A stretch of 62,186 nucleotides of DNA, counting the filler, from Bipalium vagum (lineage: Eukaryota), in assembly GCA_037834085.1 (NCBI GenBank). It is 3 parts of 3 records of this genome, joined end to end, with 100 filler letters (N's around TTAATTAATTAA, not from the genome) between each part and the next. Parts side by side here need not be neighbours in the genome. Positions count along the whole stretch, not along the records: positions 25,807 to 45,855 come from JBBMKC010261326.1; 2 more parts are not named here. One strand, 5' to 3'. Below the pieces are notes generated by a model. It was given only the letters and a program-made list of their open reading frames with translations. It did no database searches and was not told where the DNA came from. Positions within the stretch are counted from its first letter, which is position 1, and each line of letters begins with the position of its first letter. Of this stretch, positions 25,969 to 38,827 are shown piece after piece. A program made the translations under genes and the position numbers.

Positions 25969-28755
25969 TTTTCAATAGGTTTCTTGGCACGGAGCTTCCA
26001 GGGAATTGATTGGTGAGCATCGAAGAAGAATTCAATATTGTACATTTTATGAATACTCTTCTCCAAATCCGAAAACTGTGTATTGCAACATAGACTTTCG
26101 GTAGGACAGAGCTTGTTATCACATTCAATTTTCAGTTGAGCTAAAATGCAATTGAAGCCATTCCCACACGACCTCCTTCCCTCGTTCCATTCGTCAGGAT
26201 TGGGCATTGTGCAACAACACTTCATAGAATCCATAAAATATCGACTATGGTTTGAAAAGAACAATTCCTTGGACAGTATTCCATCGATTCTTTTGTAATC
26301 GATTGTAAATATGGAAATTTTCGGGACCAGCACTCTTAGTTTTTAATATTATAATAATCATTTCGTTACAATGAAATCTTATCTTATCAGAAAAGAATAT
26401 ATAGTCAGACATAAAAGAAAATTAAGTTCATTCTGTGCTTGCAATTGGACTTTGAGATTTTCGAAAGAACCAATAAAGGTCAAGCACAGTTGAAAAGATT
26501 TTAATTTTTTGACTGTTTAATTTCCACAATGTAATGAATGTCAAACCAAGGTAACATTTTCAAATTATCGCGAAGCACATTGTAAAATTAAAATAATCAA
26601 AATATCATACCACAAATTAAGATAGTAGAAATAATAAGTAATAAGTAATAAAAGGTCTCGCCTTTCTAAAAATACAAAATACAGTATTAATTTAATATTT
26701 TTATTATTAACTATTAAAGAATAATAACCGGTGATGATAATAATTAAGATAGTATTTTAAAAATTAAATAATAATCAATAAAAAATAATAATATTAAACC
26801 ATAAATAATTTTAATAAAAAAATTGATTTTAGATAAAGTTTTAAATCTCAAAAATTGATTTTCTAATGGACGAAAAATAAATTCTTCTGGAAAATAATTC
26901 CAAAAAACCCCAACCTGGTTTTCATTTCAGATCGTTCCGATTCCTTGCTATGAGAGGACACGTTTACCGAATAATATGGAGATTTGACATTCTTTGAACC
27001 AAATGAGCTGTTGCTATTATGGGAAAGATTGTCCACATTGATGCTGTTTGAGCACAGTTTCGTGGGATTTTCCGGTTTCTCTATCGTAATTGACTTTGGA
27101 ATGATTATCGTTTCTTCAATATGATTGGTCATTATCATAAGATCATTCTTGGAAACATCATTGGACATTTTTGGAGTTTTGGGACCAACAACGTTAATGT
27201 GGACAATACCAGCATGACTGTGATTTTGTTCCAAAGGCAACGGAATGTTTTCCAAATCAATAATGTTATGTTGATTGATTATTTCGTTGGGAATTTTAGA
27301 GTACGCATCTGAAAATCAATATATTGGTTTCAAATTAATAATAAGAAGCAAAGGAGTAATAAATAACAAGGACATTTCAAGCACCCCAAAAAATAGGAAG
27401 GTGCAACACATAGCGTAACACGTCACAAAATGGAAAATATTTTCCTCCAGACCAGGAGAAATTATTGTTTTCATTTTCCACAGGGCCTTTTTCAATGAAT
27501 TTTCTATTCAGTTTTTACTTCTTATCAAAACAAATAGTTTTTTACGCACTGATAACTCTTATTAATTCTCTTTAATTTTCTCGAATTTTAAATATAAAAA
27601 TCAATATTTATTAAAACTTGTTTAAAGAATCAATATTTATATTAATTTTGAAAAAAACTAAGATTGATTAAATCTCAAGAATCAATATATTTTATTATTT
27701 AAAAAATCAATTAAATTACTCTGGTAAGCTTGATTAACTCGCAGTAAAGTTTCAGAGAGTTGCTTTAAATAATCATTGGCCAGCCTGGTCGTTTCTGCAA
27801 CATTCTCACAACTGCTGTTCGGAAATTTCCTTACTGAATTTCGGTCTTCCTCTGGACTTCTGGGACTGACTAAAGGAAGATCAACGCTACCACAGTCCAT
27901 GTCATTTTCTGATGATGATGTTGATGATGATGATGACGACGACGACGTTGAAGAAGACGAAGAGGATGATGTTGAACTAGTATTAGTGCTTGTGAATGAA
28001 GAAAATAAGCTCAGATTTGTGGATGATTGCGATTTTTTTCTTTTCAATTTTTTTACATGTTTATTGGAAATAATATCAGTTTTTGATGGTTTGTTTTTTA
28101 ACACAACCTTGCTTTCCAAAGCACAGAATTTATAGTGATCATGAGATCGTTGTGGTTTTGACTTGGCATGTTCATATGTATTATGATGATTTTTCTGTGA
28201 TTCTTCGCAAATTTTTTGAGTTTCAAGTTTTTTTTTCACAACAACTTGCGATTTCAAGTACACAGGTGGAGTTACTTGAATTTGTATTGGAGTAGTAGGC
28301 TTGACATAGTTTTTGCTACGATGGTCACGTTTCTGGTGTTTAATTTCTTTCTCTGAAATCTCTGAACCCCTTCTTTTTCTTTCTTTGTGTTTATTATAAC
28401 TTTTAACCTTCTTGTCTAATATATTATCAGTTTCGCATTTTTGAATTTTTGATTTTGTCAGAATTGGATTAAATTTAGATGTAGTGTTTCCAGTTTTTAT
28501 GCTTGGAGGCAAAAATAATTCTCTGTGATGATGATTCAATGAATCAAACAATTGCGATGAGGCCGGTCTTTTGATCATACCGACAGGTAGCTTATTGTTG
28601 ATATATCGGCGAGTTGATTGAGGAACACGATTAACAGTAGATACATGTTTTTCCTCAGAGATATTTATTTTTAATATATTATGTTGTAAAGGTTTAATAA
28701 TTGATGCAGCTGAACTAATCAAAGGTGGAGGCAGTGGAATATCATTAATATTCAT
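25969..28755 (-). CDS. AWS-SET domain protein (Set2/SETD2/NSD-like), exons 1-3, truncated by the contig end
   Basis: Exons 28755-27720, 27308-26915 and 26334-25969 join with matching phases (1, 2) and GT/AG ends. Basic/poly-Ser N-terminus, then AWS MKCCC..P..DE..EG..SCG..NC....KIEC...CPTESLCCNTQF, then the start of SET (IEFF...WKLRAKKPI). Confidence 0.78.
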
Positions 28756-29791
28756 ATATTTTCAATTTTCTTTTAAATTATTTCGCTCTATAAATTTTTT
28801 AATTAAGATTAAAACTTTCTAAAATTGAAATAAAAATCATAATTACAAATGAAATAAATATATCATATTAAAATAAATTTTAAATTATTTAAATTATTTC
28901 GATAAGCATAAGTATTTAAACAAATTAGTATTTAAATAAAATAAGTATAGGTATTTTTGTATAATCCTTTAAAGTATTGACACAATTGAAAATTATATTT
29001 CAATTCACTTTCATTATTCACTTTATTGTACGATTGTACTATTCAGAATATATATAATAATATTTTACTACGATTAAAATTTTTTTATCCATAAGTATAA
29101 TTATATTGTCATTTAATCAAATTTATTACTTCTAGTTCATATTTAAATTTTAAAATGTAATTATTTCTGGTTAAATATATAATCTAATTTACACATTTCT
29201 TGAAGATAAATTTATTTCATTTTAGGAATAGAATTCATTTTTATATTTCTTAATTGAACAATGAATTTTTAAAAATTCCTTTCTTAAATTTTAACCATGT
29301 GCATTCTTTTTTTTATAGAATTTCATTATTTTTAAAAAAATTAACTCAAATAATAGTAGAGTTACGACACAATTGTTAATATTGTTCAGTTTTGAAATCC
29401 TACCTATAATATTGTCTTTAATGTTTATGACGTCATTAATTTATAATTATATTTTTTATTTTAATTTATTATGTTTATATTCAAAAGAATATTAACCAGT
29501 TTTTTTTATCCGTGGTTCTCAAACTACATAGTATTGCTCACAGACTCCAATGATTTTCTTTTTTTCAGTTTGCAATGCGGCAAAATTAAAAAGCAAATGT
29601 TGAAAAAATGTTATCAAATTTATTTAATAATCACTTAAGGCAAACAAAAGTACCAAATCACAAATTTTCACATGAAGGATCAACCACTTTTGAACTTGCC
29701 AATTTTCCTTTTCGGTTTGCAATTCACCCCAAACATTGATTCTGTCTTTACTTCAATTAAAAATATATATTGTATACATGTTTTGAAATAA

Positions 29792-30885
29792 TGTTGTAAA
29801 CCAATTTGGACCGAAAAATAATAAAGTGATAATTAAATTAATAATTAAATAATAACAAACGATAAGTAATAATGAATTAAAAGTAGATCATATAATTAAA
29901 GTATAAAATAGTAGCTTAATATGTAAGAATTATTATTAATAATATTGGGATATAGTTTATATTATTATTATTATTATATATTTAGATTTATTTAAGAAAA
30001 TTTTAAAGTAACAATAAGTTACCAAAAATAGAAACTAGAAAAGAAATTTTATGAGCAAATGGTAAAAATAGAAGGAAAGTAGATTAATAAAATTATACAA
30101 AGGAAAAAAAATTTACTAATAATAAAATATAGGAAAAAAGAGTTATATAAAAGAATGCAAAAATTTTAAAAAAGGACACAACAAAAAAATCAACAAAAAT
30201 AAGATTTTAAATCTCAATTACAATTAGACCTCTCTTAGAGTTTAATTAGAAACATTCAAGCCACGAACAAACGCAGACAGCAAGATTAATTTCAAAAGAG
30301 TCAATTAGTGAATACAGGAACAACAATATCACTTTCCAAATCTCAATTATAAGTAAAGCTGCAGGATCAACAAGAAAAGAGAATATATATAGATCACGCA
30401 AGAAATAGAAAAGGCTGCCCAAAAAGACTAGATCAAGCAAGAAATCTGCTAAATACAAAAAGAATAGATCAAGCCAAAAATCTGCAAAGCTCAAAAAGAA
30501 CGGATCAAGCAAAAATTCACCAAGCAAGACGAAACGTTTAATTAACTTCAACTATCCAAATTTCAAACCGTAGCGTGATAAATCAACTCGATCTTACGAC
30601 GAACAATTCATCAACCAATTTCAGTCCGGTATAGAGATCAACGCTTATCCAATTAAAAAAAATTAATTATATGCTCCAAATTTGTTGAGAGAGTAAATTT
30701 TCTTTTATATTATTTTACTTGATACTAAATAGTATCAAAGTTTAGTCTTAATAAAAGTTATATTTTCTTAATTGTATTGTTTTTATAAGTTTGAACTTAA
30801 GTGTTAGTTTGGTATAAAATAAGTTATAATAATATTTTTAGCGAGTTATTTTTTATTAACGGTTTTATATTTTTATAATATAACA
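29792..30885 (+). mobile_element. Solo-LTR-like element with internal ~36-bp tandem repeats
   Basis: Candidate TGT...ACA ends, but no TSD seen. AT-rich 5' module homologous to 61250-61490, TATA at about 30144, and gatcaagcaagaaatctgc..caaaaagaa repeats at 30360-30530. Confidence 0.5.
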
Positions 30886-32470
30886 CCAGCTTGAAACCTA
30901 AGATTTGCAAGACTGGTATCGATCTTCAATAATATTTATAGTTTGTTACATTTACATTTTTAATAATCAGGCGTATCTTGTTAGACAAGATACAGTTAGT
31001 ATTAATTAATAATCATTAAATACTCAGTCCAGGACCTGAGGATCAAGTAACTTTTAAAATTCCTTTTTCTCATTTACCTTTTGTTCTTTTTGTTCATATT
31101 TCACACGCTAAGTAGGGCGGTGAAATATATTTGTTTTTCTTCATTGAGGACATCTGAGCCTAAGTGCGAGATTATTTTTATAAATAATTATAATTAATAA
31201 ACTCATAATAATCGGTCAGAATTGGTATCATTCATTTGTAGTATCAAACTTTAATTCGATTTCAATAAAAGTAATAAACTTACATCGTTATCTCAGTTTA
31301 TTTAAATAATTTTAACGAACACAACCTTAAGCAACCTTCAACCATTGAGACCTAAGCTAAACCCAAGCTCCGTATTTTAACATCACTTTAACCACCTTAG
31401 GATCTTAACAATAGTAAAAGGTTAATTATTGGTTTAATGAATGTTATTTGAATTATTATATATCATCAATTATTCTGGAATTCAAATTCTGTTAGTAAGC
31501 AAATGTGAATATATAGTTTTCTCATTTGACCTGAGTCTAAAGAGAAAATATCGTTTAGATTATTAATTCTGAGATCCGCCATTTCTTTTTTCGTATAATT
31601 TAAGAAAGTAACAAAGACCAAATTTCTTTCGAATACAATGCCTGAATTACATTACTATAGTGATAATAATATAATAGTGGCGTTTACTGTTTCAGCCGAT
31701 TTCAGGTTAGACAGAGCCCGTCAAGGTACTCCCAATCTCTTTTGGAAAAAATCATGAAATAACAAGTCAGCGTACAAAAAAATTAACTCGCACCGGTTAC
31801 TTCAACTGCCAAAATTTCTATAAAATAATCATAAAATTAGTTGCCAATAACCTAGTCATTTTTTAAAGAGCTTCAATCAACCAGGTCTCAAAAGTGGGAG
31901 TTAATAGAATCATTGTAGTTATTACCATTCTTACCAGGGTAATCATTAAATACCTCAAAATTTTATGAAAGAACGAATAATCTCTTGAAGAGATATAATT
32001 AATATATAATCATCACAACTTTAGGTTGCAGTTATTGAATTTATATATTTCCTTTTTTAAATTAAAAATTCAGTTCTCCGTTTAAACTGTAATTTAGAAA
32101 GTTAATCTAAATAAAATTAATAAAGCAAAAACTATTTATGAAAGCCTTCCAAAAATAAAGACCTGATTGTTCAATTAATAGAAAACGGAACATTGTAAGC
32201 AAATTGTTATTAACAATGTAAATAGAAAAGATCGACATCAACAAACAGATTTTTAGACTAGCGGGCCATGTGCAACTCGAATAATTATAATTTCCTTTTA
32301 TGAATTAGATATTAAGGATGTAAAATATTTCCTATCATAATCGTAGGAAAATTTGTTCTTAAAAGGAGAACATATCAAAGCTTAACATTTCTTAAAAATG
32401 AAAGGGACCTCAAAACCTTTGAGAAATACCAATTATCAAACAAATTATTTATTGTAATTTTAACAATGTT

Positions 32471-34028
32471 TTATTTCCAAATGGCACCTATCTGAAATTT
32501 AAAATTAATCAATTATCTCCCAGTTAAATAGAAATGTACCTTTGCTTTATTTGGCAGCGCTAAACCTGGTTTGGTCAAACTTGTCTGAAAGGTTATTATC
32601 AATGATAAAATCAATAGATTTAAAAACCCTGAATACCTTTGATGAGTTTGAGCTTCGTTGTTCCTGCTGTTCCTGTAAAGCCTGATCGATCTTGATCATT
32701 GACAAAAAAAATATCAATAAAACTTGAATTTAAAAATTATCGATTAAAATTTTTATCAAAATCAATAAATTCAAAAATAAAAAATTGATTAAAATTCCTG
32801 TTCTTCTTCAGGTCAGCTTTTGAAATTAACATTTTAAAATTTAAAAACTATAAATAAACAAAATGAATAACCAAATTTTTCTATATTTACAAATTAATCA
32901 AAATCCACAGATTATCATTACCACGATCAGTTGAAAATTTAACATTTCAAAATTCAATGATGAAAATAAATAGCAATAAAATTATTCATAATTCACAAAT
33001 AATCATTATCCTATTCTGTTTTGACTGTGTTGGGAATTTATCAAGATGCCGATTATCATTTTAAAATTCAATAGTAATAAATAAATAAAAAAATATAGAT
33101 TAATAAAAATCAAAAGAATTACCCTATTTTGTTTCAGTTCAGCTCTTGCTTTGGTACTTAATTTTGGACTACGTGGAATGGTAAGTGTGCGCTGGAAAAT
33201 TCAGTGAATATGATTTTATCGATCAGGAACAAGTAAAAAAAATCACTTTGATAGGCCCTTTCGTTGGTGCAAGTTCAGTTCCATTGTTCTGGTTTCCCGA
33301 GCTATTACCTTTTGAAACTTTTATTTCCAAAAGCGGTGTTTTTGGTTTACGAAACACAACTCCGATGGGGCTTTGCTTAGATCTCATTGGAATTTTATGC
33401 TTCTGGAGCGGATATGATACACCAGTAACGGGAGGCTTTTTGCTGTGGAATACCTTGGGCCTCAAGACTGAATGACTTTCATTCATGACTCTTGTATGCG
33501 GTTTCACTTTCTCAATGTTTTCTTTATTACTCTTACAAAAAACGGGTTTCCTTTCTTCAATTTCGCTTAGATTCTCATTAATTGAAATCTCTTCAATTAA
33601 ATCTTCTAGTCCTTTATCTAAGTCTTCAGATACATTTTCATCGCAATTTGTGTTCACTGTTGAATTGACAGTATCTTCTAGATCTTCAGTTATTGGTATC
33701 ATTTGTTCATTTGGTTTTATCTTATTTTGGCTTTCCAATTCATTTTGATCAGTTTCAGTACACTTTACTTCATGATTAAATTCGCCAGGAATCCCTATTT
33801 TAAGAAAATAGCAGATTAATTAACTAACTAACCACAAGAAATACCTGAAAACCTATTGAGGAACCAATTTACATCATCGATCTTATTATCATCAAAATTA
33901 GTTACTACAGGTACATCAAAAGCATAATGAAAATCATCTGAACATGTCTTAAAATCTATAATTGTTTCTTAAAAATTTAAATAACCTGTTTCACTATTTT
34001 TATTAAACTCAGATGAATCATTAAACAT
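32471..34028 (-). CDS. TPX2: Compact TPX2-like spindle assembly/Aurora A activator (7 exons, about 296 aa)
   Basis: Exons 34028-33986, 33955-33845, 33794-33247, 33191-33123, 32690-32637, 32584-32540 and 32491-32471 splice GT-AG into one open frame. N-terminal YAFDVP..NFDD...D.VNWF resembles the TPX2 Aurora-A-binding motif (YSYDAP..INF...DSWF). LTIPRSPKLSTKARA resembles the TPX2 repeat. Confidence 0.72.
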
Positions 34029-34869
34029 TTTTAAAATCCTGAAGAGTTAAACTTATAGAAAATATAATTTAACAAGCGTGAATTTTTATGTTAATAAAAC
34101 AATTAATAATGTAATATAAATTGAAAAATAAGAATATTAGTTAATTAAATAAATTTTATTCTGTTGGATATTATTTAATTATTTTTTTGACATTGATAAA
34201 TAAAATTATCTTAATTTTTCCATTTATATATTCAACAAGATGTTTCTAATATTTTATATTATTTTACATTAAATAAACTCTGATGGTTATCTTAAATTAA
34301 CATTTATTGTGTAATTATACTTTATTGTGTAACAATACTTTTTAAACGTTATTTCCTAGGAATTTATCACAGTTAAAAATTAATTATTTTTCAATTCATT
34401 TGATATTAAAAAATGATTTTGCCAATAGTGATCAAAATGACGATCATTTCATTTTAATCAAGAAGTACTTTTCGCAAAAAAATTTCACAGAAGCCTTATA
34501 GAAAAATATAGAATCGAATGATTAAGTCAAGAAGGCGTAGCTGCCAGAAATTTAATAAAAGGTAAAAGGAACACTAATGAAAATTAAGAAACAGACAGTG
34601 TTCTGCAAATAATTAATTTTGTTGAGCTCGCCAAAGGCACGAGCCATAGATCTTTAAGCCACCAATGGTTTATAATAATATTTATTATTATTAAAAAATA
34701 ATTAATTAAGAAAAGTATTGATCAATATTAATAGTAATATATTAAATAAAATGTGTTTCAAAAGTCACTATCTATTTCAAAAAATATTTAAAGTTTTGGG
34801 AAAAATCAAGTTTTATTTTTAGAAAATGCTTCTAAAATCACTACCAATCAATTTTTAGATCAATTTATT

Positions 34870-35335
34870 AAAAATGAACACGGAAGAAAGAGTATTAGTA
34901 GTTACATTAAGAACAAATAAAAAAAAATTGATAAAAGAATTCATAAAAAGAGCCGATAGATAAAGCTATCCGTGAGTTGATAATGAAATTCCAGAGAACT
35001 GGATCTGTTCAAAAGTGAACGTCCAAGGAAATCTAATGAAAAATTTCAAACGAATGAGCAAGAACCTTACCAATCGATTCGTGGAGCTGGAAAATTGTTA
35101 GATATTCCATACATCTTTAAAATCCTACAAGCTGTTTTGAAAAAGCCTATCATATTCAAGTTTTTCATTATTTACAAGAGGAAGAGTTATCTAACAGAGC
35201 GGTTATGTGCGCACGGCTGATTGATTAAATTAAAGATATAATTTTACTGAACGACATACTCTTTAGTGATGAGGCGACCTTCCACACTTGTGGAAAATAA
35301 ATAATTGTGGCATTTGGGGAATCGAAAAGCTATCT
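34870..35335 (+). mobile_element. DD41D-type transposase N-terminal relic
   Basis: Fragments KFQRTGSV, SIRGAG..LDIP and ILFSDEATFHTCG....CGIWG. Confidence 0.65.
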
Positions 35336-35344
35336 GTTTATGGA

Positions 35345-35765
35345 ACAAGTGTTTTAGATCTTATTAATGCAGTAAATAAATTAAATAATGATTTATCTGT
35401 CAGAGTAAGCAATACAGTAAATATTATAAAAATAGAATAATTATATCTGAAGATGAAAAAGTTAATTATTCAAATTCTAACAAATATAGATATTGTCGAG
35501 AAAATTTAGAAGATAAAGTTCTAGATCATGATCATTGAAACGGAAGATATAAAAAGGAATAGCAAATAATAATTGTAATAAAAATGATAAAAGTATTAAA
35601 AACTTTATTATTCAATTTTATTTTCATAAAGAAAGTAAATATGATTTCCATTTATACTTTAAAGATATTACGAAGAAATTTCTTTATCAAATACAAAATA
35701 TAATTACAAATACTAATGAAATTTATATTAATTTTAGCTTTAAAAATATTAGATCATTGAGAATG
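35345..35765 (+). mobile_element. Polinton/Maverick (adintovirus-type) protein-primed DNA polymerase B fragment
   Basis: YCRENLEDKVLDHDH*NGRYK/GIANNNCN...FYFHKESKYDFHLY...ITNTNEIYINFSFKNIR matches KVRDHxHxTGxYRGAAHxxCN...FHNxxGYDxH...IPNxxEKYISFS of Polinton polB. One stop and one frameshift. Confidence 0.75.
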
Positions 35766-36659
35766 ATGGATCGTACACTATCAATTGAAAAAATACACCT
35801 GCTTTAAATTAATAGTAAAACTGATTTCTTCTCCATTAAAATTTATTAGTTCATGTTTGTTATCAAATATCTTATCACTTATTTCATAATTATTTTTTGT
35901 AATTACTAGGATAGTAAATCGGAAATTTTGATTTTTCATTGATTCGAGGGAAATTAGAAGATAATATTTGTTCTTCATATATTATTTTAAGGGAACAGAA
36001 AAAGTATATCTTGTGTATAAATCAATGACTGTTAGAATTATTATATGTGCTCTCTCACCTGGTAAAAGGTCAAACCTGCTGCTTGATCTATTCTGTTTAT
36101 TTGAATTGAATCAGATTTTGGAATTGGAGGAATTGTATGATATTGCACTACTTTTACATAGTTTTCTAAACGTTTATCTATATTTGTATCCGGTTCTGGG
36201 GACAAATGATGTGTTACATTTGTTTTATTAAAATAGTTTAAAGATTTTCAATGTAAATTCCCTGGATACTTTCTTACTGTACACTTAGTTAAAAATTGAA
36301 TTTTTGCTATTTGACTACAAGTCATTACCAATTTATGGAAAAACTGGATACTTTTCCTGAATATTTTTTTTTCGTTGTTTATAATCAATTTTCTTTTTCT
36401 TTTTATATATTATTTCCAAATTTGTTTTTTCATTGATATGATTGATGTTATAGTTTTTTCATGTATAACAGTTTCAACATGATTGACTTTTAGAAATATT
36501 GATTTATTCTTTTAGAAATACCTTTGTGACAAATTTCACATTACCATTTTTCATCCATTTCAATAGTAAAAACAAATAAAATGAAAGTCTTTTGATATTT
36601 TGGTATTTTCGCATCTTGAAATTATGATTATTAATTTTATTACTTTGTCTCCGACTGGA

Positions 36660-37820
36660 GAGACATTTTCGAGGGTCGAGGATAAGAGTTCAACTTTAAG
36701 TGTTACATAATACTAACCTTTTTGGAGATCAATTACTCTAAATATTGCCGAGCTTCATCTCAATCACTGGAATCGAATTTACTTTCTCATTTAGTTTTCT
36801 ATAATCAATACACATTTTTATTGGGCTTCTATTTTACCATTACTACAGGTGATGCATAAGGCGAAAGAACTCGGTTCAATTCGACTTTCAACTTTAACAT
36901 ATCCTTTAGTTTTTGGTCGATTTCTTCCTCTAACGAAGGTGGCTGTTGATATGCTCTTTGCTTAATTGAGATTGATTCCGTAAGAATAATGTGAGTGTAA
37001 TCAAAATCATAATCACTTTTAGTCAATACTTTATCATATTTTAGTATTTCTCTGCAGATATTTTCTCTGGTCCTCTGTCAAATTTGGACCTTTAATCACC
37101 GTCAGCTTAATTTCTTTATTGCTCTTGTTTTCAACACGTTGACTACGTTTACATATGAATAATCAATTAATGGTTGTAACTGGAAAATTCGCAATTTCGA
37201 ATATAATTGTTTTTCTTTAACATCAAAGTTCACGACCATTATCGGTATTTTCCCGACCTTAGTTTCTAATACCTAGTTCACTGCTTCGTGCAGTTATCGC
37301 AATTCCACGCAGAGTTTAAAATGCATTGTTCTTCTATTCTGAAATAGCAAATTTTCGTTTAATATTATGTCATTTACGGCTCGTGTTCTCTCTAATTTCT
37401 TGAACTGGGATCAAATTTTCTTATAATTAGGTCAAGTATTACTCCTTACAACTGCGATAAAATGTCCATTCCAATCAATCTGTCTTATGGACACTGTCAG
37501 ACCATGCTATATTTTATGACCACCCAGTTCCGCTACACAATACTTTACCTAAAAATTCAAAATTCTGAACTGTTACTGATTGAGCACCTGACACAGTTGC
37601 ACTTTATTTTTCTCTCAATCTGTCAGGACATTTCCATTAGAACCCATACACACTTTTGTTGTTCATTCTATATTATCCTTGATTAATCATTTTTAACATA
37701 TTAACATGAGATTTGTATACAGGGATACCCAATCTTGCGATTTCCTCTTGGTCCAATTCTTGGTTTAGTATTTTTTCCTGTTATGAATCCTTACTGCCCT
37801 TTCTTCTCCTGGTACTTCAT
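36660..37820 (-). mobile_element. Ty3/gypsy pol relic (protease to RT N-terminus)
   Basis: IKQRAYQQP..LEEEIDQKLKDML...SPYASPVVMVK followed by MCIDYRKLNEK. Heavily disrupted. Confidence 0.8.
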
Positions 37821-38089
37821 CGTACATAATAGTGGTCCCTTATGTTCACTACCAATTTTATCACATAAAATTATAAATAATCTGGACTGGAGTGGTCTTC
37901 ATTTTACTTAAGTAATCATTTGTACAACTTAATCAAAAATTGATTTTAAATCAGGCTGAATTTTTTTGCTAATATTGCTTGTATATGCAAAACGCAGTGA
38001 ATTTTTGCTACTTCAAAAATGCGTAATACAACTCCTTTCATCTTTCCAACTACAGCTTTTATATTAAACCTTTTCTATAAATAATAATT

Positions 38090-38370
38090 CTATAAATAAT
38101 AATTAAATCTATTGTTTTAACTTTATAACTTATAATAACCATAATAACAATAATAATACAAATAATTGAATATATTGTATTAACTATAATTAATAACCAT
38201 AATAAAAATAATTAAGAATAATTAAGAATAATAACAACATTAATAATAATACTAATAATTAAATATATAATAAGTATAATTAATAACCATAATAAAAATA
38301 AGTAAGAATAATTAAGAATAATTAAGAATAATAACAACATAATTAATCTAACTAATAATAATACTAAATA
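38090..38370. repeat. AT-rich degenerate tandem repeats with a ~90-bp period duplication
   Basis: taataaccataataaaaataa(t/g)taagaataattaagaataa...caacat at about 38191 and 38281. Confidence 0.7.
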
Positions 38371-38827
38371 ATTCTCTAATTAACTTTTTTTTCTTTTCTT
38401 TTGTAACTATATTCTTTCATATTTCTGAATTTATTCTAGCTCAAATTATCCCAAGATTATTGTATGACATTAGTAGTTTGAAATCCCCAGGCTCATGGGA
38501 TGAGAACTAAAATGATATATGATAATCTCATGAACAAACCGAGGATGATGAAATAATTCAATATCCGCTGCTCACGGAATATTGGAGGATATAATCTCCG
38601 AGGGGAGTTCTTTATCCCTGACACTTGTCTACCGAGTAACCTGAAATACTAAGGCTCAATAGTATGGGGGTAAAAGAGAAAATAAGTGTTGGGAAACATT
38701 GTGTCCCCTTTCTTAGTATCTATTTTCATATCTTTTTATGGTGGTGGGAAAATTAGGGTTAACATTTTTATGTGGTATTCTTATAATTTTATTTTTCTGA
38801 GGAAGTAGGTCCCAAAAACCCTTCATA

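Noticed and set aside
27776-28135. Plus-strand poly-Asp ORF and other antisense ORFs (5339, 23820, 23845, 33185, 33485, 45533)
   Set aside because: They are shadows of minus-strand coding exons or transposases.
30360-30530. Regularly spaced ~36-bp repeats resembling a CRISPR array
   Set aside because: They are degenerate head-to-tail tandem units without unique spacers, in a eukaryotic context with no cas genes.
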